64,000 bases of DNA from the NCBI GenBank assembly GCA_024137785.1, contig JAHRHZ010000002.1:9962358-10026357 (forward strand). The letters are read 5' to 3'. Below the pieces are notes generated by a model. That model saw only the letters and a list, made by a program, of their open reading frames with translations. It was not told where the DNA came from and did not search any database. The stretch comes from Ginglymostoma cirratum. Taxonomy: Eukaryota. The position numbers were made by a program, and so were the translations under genes. Shown one piece after another: positions 61,480 through 64,000 of this stretch (position 1 is the first letter of the stretch; each line of letters begins with the position of its first letter).

Positions 61480-62520
61480 GCAGAGACAGAAAGTTGCAAA
61501 ATCTCTGTTGCCTTCCTGGCACCTAGGTTAAGAACCTCTCTTCTGAGCAGGAGAGAAACTTGAAATGAAAGGATAAAGATTCAGTTATTGCTGTCTGTCC
61601 GTACCACTGAGAAAGGTAGGACTTGGAAAGAGGTTTACCAAGGAAATATGAGCAGCTTAAGTAAAATTAGGGAGGTACATGCATGGCTCAAATATTGGTG
61701 TCGGAGGAATGGGTTGTGATTCATGGGGCACTAGTCCTGGTGCTGGGAAGGAAGGAACTGTTTCATTGGATTTGGCTTCATTTGAGCAATGTGGGGACCA
61801 GTGTCCTGAACAATTATATAACAAGGTTGGTAGACAGAGTTTTACATGAATTAGCAAGGGGAGGATTCAAATGAAAGGAGGTTGCGAAAAGAGGAACAAG
61901 CATCAAGGAAGGGACAGTAAATATAAGCTGGAAGTGTGGTAGAAATTAGAAGCAGAGTAAATAAAAATGGTTAAAAAAAATGTCAAAGCATAAGGCACAA
62001 AGGTGACAGCACAAATGGAACTGAACACAACCTGACAGCTTTTGCAGAGATGTGGTGATCAGGTGATCAGGTGATCAGGTGATCAGGTGATCAAGATTGT
62101 GAACTCAATATTCAAGAGTGTTCGCCCTTCCTGAAAAATAGGCAAATCGGAATAGTAAAAGAATGTATCAATGTGGTTATGAATAGTGATATAAGTGCAA
62201 TAGATTGTGATGTGGAACCAGTTTGATTGAAAACTACAAATAGCAATGGAAATAAAGATGTCATCAATGGAAGTTGTCTGCAAGATCCCAAAGAGTTGCC
62301 ATACTGGTGGAACAAAGTATAAAGCTGGAAATATTGGAGGTATGTAAGTAGGCCCCTACAGGTGCCATGGGTGATTTTATTCTGCACATTGACTGGATAT
62401 ATCAGCAAGGCAAGGATTACATCGAAGACAATATTTTAGAATTCATCAAGGATTGTTTCTTGGAGCAGTACACTGCACTATCTAGCCAGAAATAGGCTAT
62501 GTTAGATTGAGTAATGTGAA
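61480..62520 (+). mobile_element. Degenerate CR1 ORF1/ORF2 remnants; includes (GGTGATCA)n 8-bp repeat at ~62053-62092
   Basis: TGTTGCCTTCCTGGCACCTAGGTT (CCLPGARV-like esterase motif) and ATGGGTGATTTT (MGDF). Confidence 0.55.
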
Positions 62521-62521
62521 A

Positions 62522-62880
62522 TAGAATATAGAATAGAATCCCTACAGTGTGGAAATAGGCCATTCAGCCCAATGGCTCTATACCTACCGTCTGAAGAGCA
62601 TTCCACCCAGACCCAGCTCCCTATCCTATCTCTGTAATCCTGCATTTCCCATGGCTAACCCACATAGCCTGCACATCCCTGAATACTATGAACAATTTAA
62701 CATGGCCAATCTACCTAACTTTCACATCTTTGGACTGTAGGAGGAAACTGGAGCATCTGACAGAAACCCACACGGACACAAGGAGAATGTATGTGCAGAC
62801 TCCACACAGACAGTCACCTGAGAGTGGAATTGAACCCCTGGTACTCTGAGGCAGCTTTGCTAACTGCTGAGCCACTGTGC
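62522..62880 (-). mobile_element. HE1-like SINE
   Basis: Family similarity. Confidence 0.8.
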
Positions 62881-62909
62881 TTCCTATGTGGTTGGGTAAT
62901 AAGTCTTGT

Positions 62910-64000
62910 AGAATCATAGAGTTAAACAGCCTGGAAACAGACTCTTTGGCCCAACTCATCCATGCAACCAGGTATCCTAAACTGAACTAGTCCCACTTGT
63001 CTGTGTTTGCCCAACATGCCTCTAAATTTTACCTATTCATGTACCTGTCCAAGTGTCTTTTAAATGTTGTAAAGGTACTCAGCTTTATCAGTTCCTCTGG
63101 CAGCTCATTCCATATATGCACCATCCCCTATGTGAAAAAGTTGCCTCTTTTAAATTTTTCCTCTCTCACATGCCCTCCATGTTTGGATTCCTCTACCGTG
63201 GGGAAAAGACCATTCACCTTATCCATGCCCCTCATGATTTTATAAACCTCTATAAGGTTGCCCCTCAGCCTTCTGTGCTCCAGGGAAACGAAATGTCCCA
63301 GTCTGACCTACCTCTCCTTACAACTCAAACACTCAACTCTCAGTAACAACCTTGTAAAGTTTTTTTTTTCACCTTTTCCAGTTTAGTAACATCCTTCCTT
63401 TATTAGGGCAACCAAACTTGTCTGCAGTACTCCATACATAGCCTTACCAATGTCTCGTACATCTGGGACATCATGTCCCAACTCCCGTATTCAATGCTCA
63501 GACTAATGAACTCAATTGCGCCAAATGCTTTCCACTGTACAGTATACCAGTAAATGTTGGTGCCATCTGCAAACTTACCAATATATTTCTATATTCTCAT
63601 CCAAATCATTTATACAAATAACAAACAACAGTGGACTCAGCACCCAATCCCTGTAGAACACTGCTATCCACAGGCCTCTAGTCCAATAAACAACCTTCTA
63701 TCACCACCCTCTGTCTCCTACTGTGAAGCCAATTTTGTATCCAACTGGCTAGCTCTCCCTGGATCCCACACAATCTTACTTTACTAAGTGGCCTACCATA
63801 CAGAACCTTGTCAAAGGCCTTGCTAAAGTCCATTGAACCGCATTTACCATTCTTCTTTCATCTGTGTTCTTGATCACTTCTTCAAAAAATCAATCAAGTT
63901 TGTGAGACATGACTTCCCACACACAAAGCTATGCTGAATACCTCTAATCAGTCCTTGCCTTTCCAAATGCAGATAGTTCCTCTGTCACAAAATCTCCTCC
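62910..64000 (-). mobile_element. CR1 LINE RT/3' region
   Basis: Antisense GACTTTAGCAAGGCCTTTGACAAGG (DFSKAFDK), AAGTTTGCAGATG (KFAD) and a CR1 tail. Confidence 0.85.

Overview
This is eukaryotic vertebrate DNA, most likely from a cartilaginous fish (shark). That assignment is inferred from HE1-type tRNA/CR1 SINEs, Deu-domain SINE sequence, CR1 LINEs and shark-type MHC class I exons. Three intron-containing genes can be reconstructed by eye. (1) A minus-strand MHC class I heavy-chain locus (1203-10693) with leader, alpha1, alpha2, alpha3, TM and two cytoplasmic exons. Alpha1 and alpha2 carry stops and frameshifts, while all other exons are intact. (2) A complete minus-strand RNF20/BRE1A gene with 19 coding exons (CDS 18043-38379, about 984 aa) and a CpG-island promoter near 39.5-40.2 kb. 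(3) A plus-strand RING-Bbox-coiled-coil-PRY/SPRY TRIM gene with 6 coding exons (41797-57292, about 474 aa), head-to-head with RNF20, whose RING histidine ligand is replaced by Arg. The rest is SINE, LINE and LTR relics, minisatellites and four N gaps. The most notable non-coding signal is a dispersed set of short, often palindromic Penelope-derived insertions with 12-16 bp target-site duplications, built around a minimal hammerhead-ribozyme core (CTGANGA-stem II-GAAAC-GTH). All exon boundaries were read manually and no database search was run.
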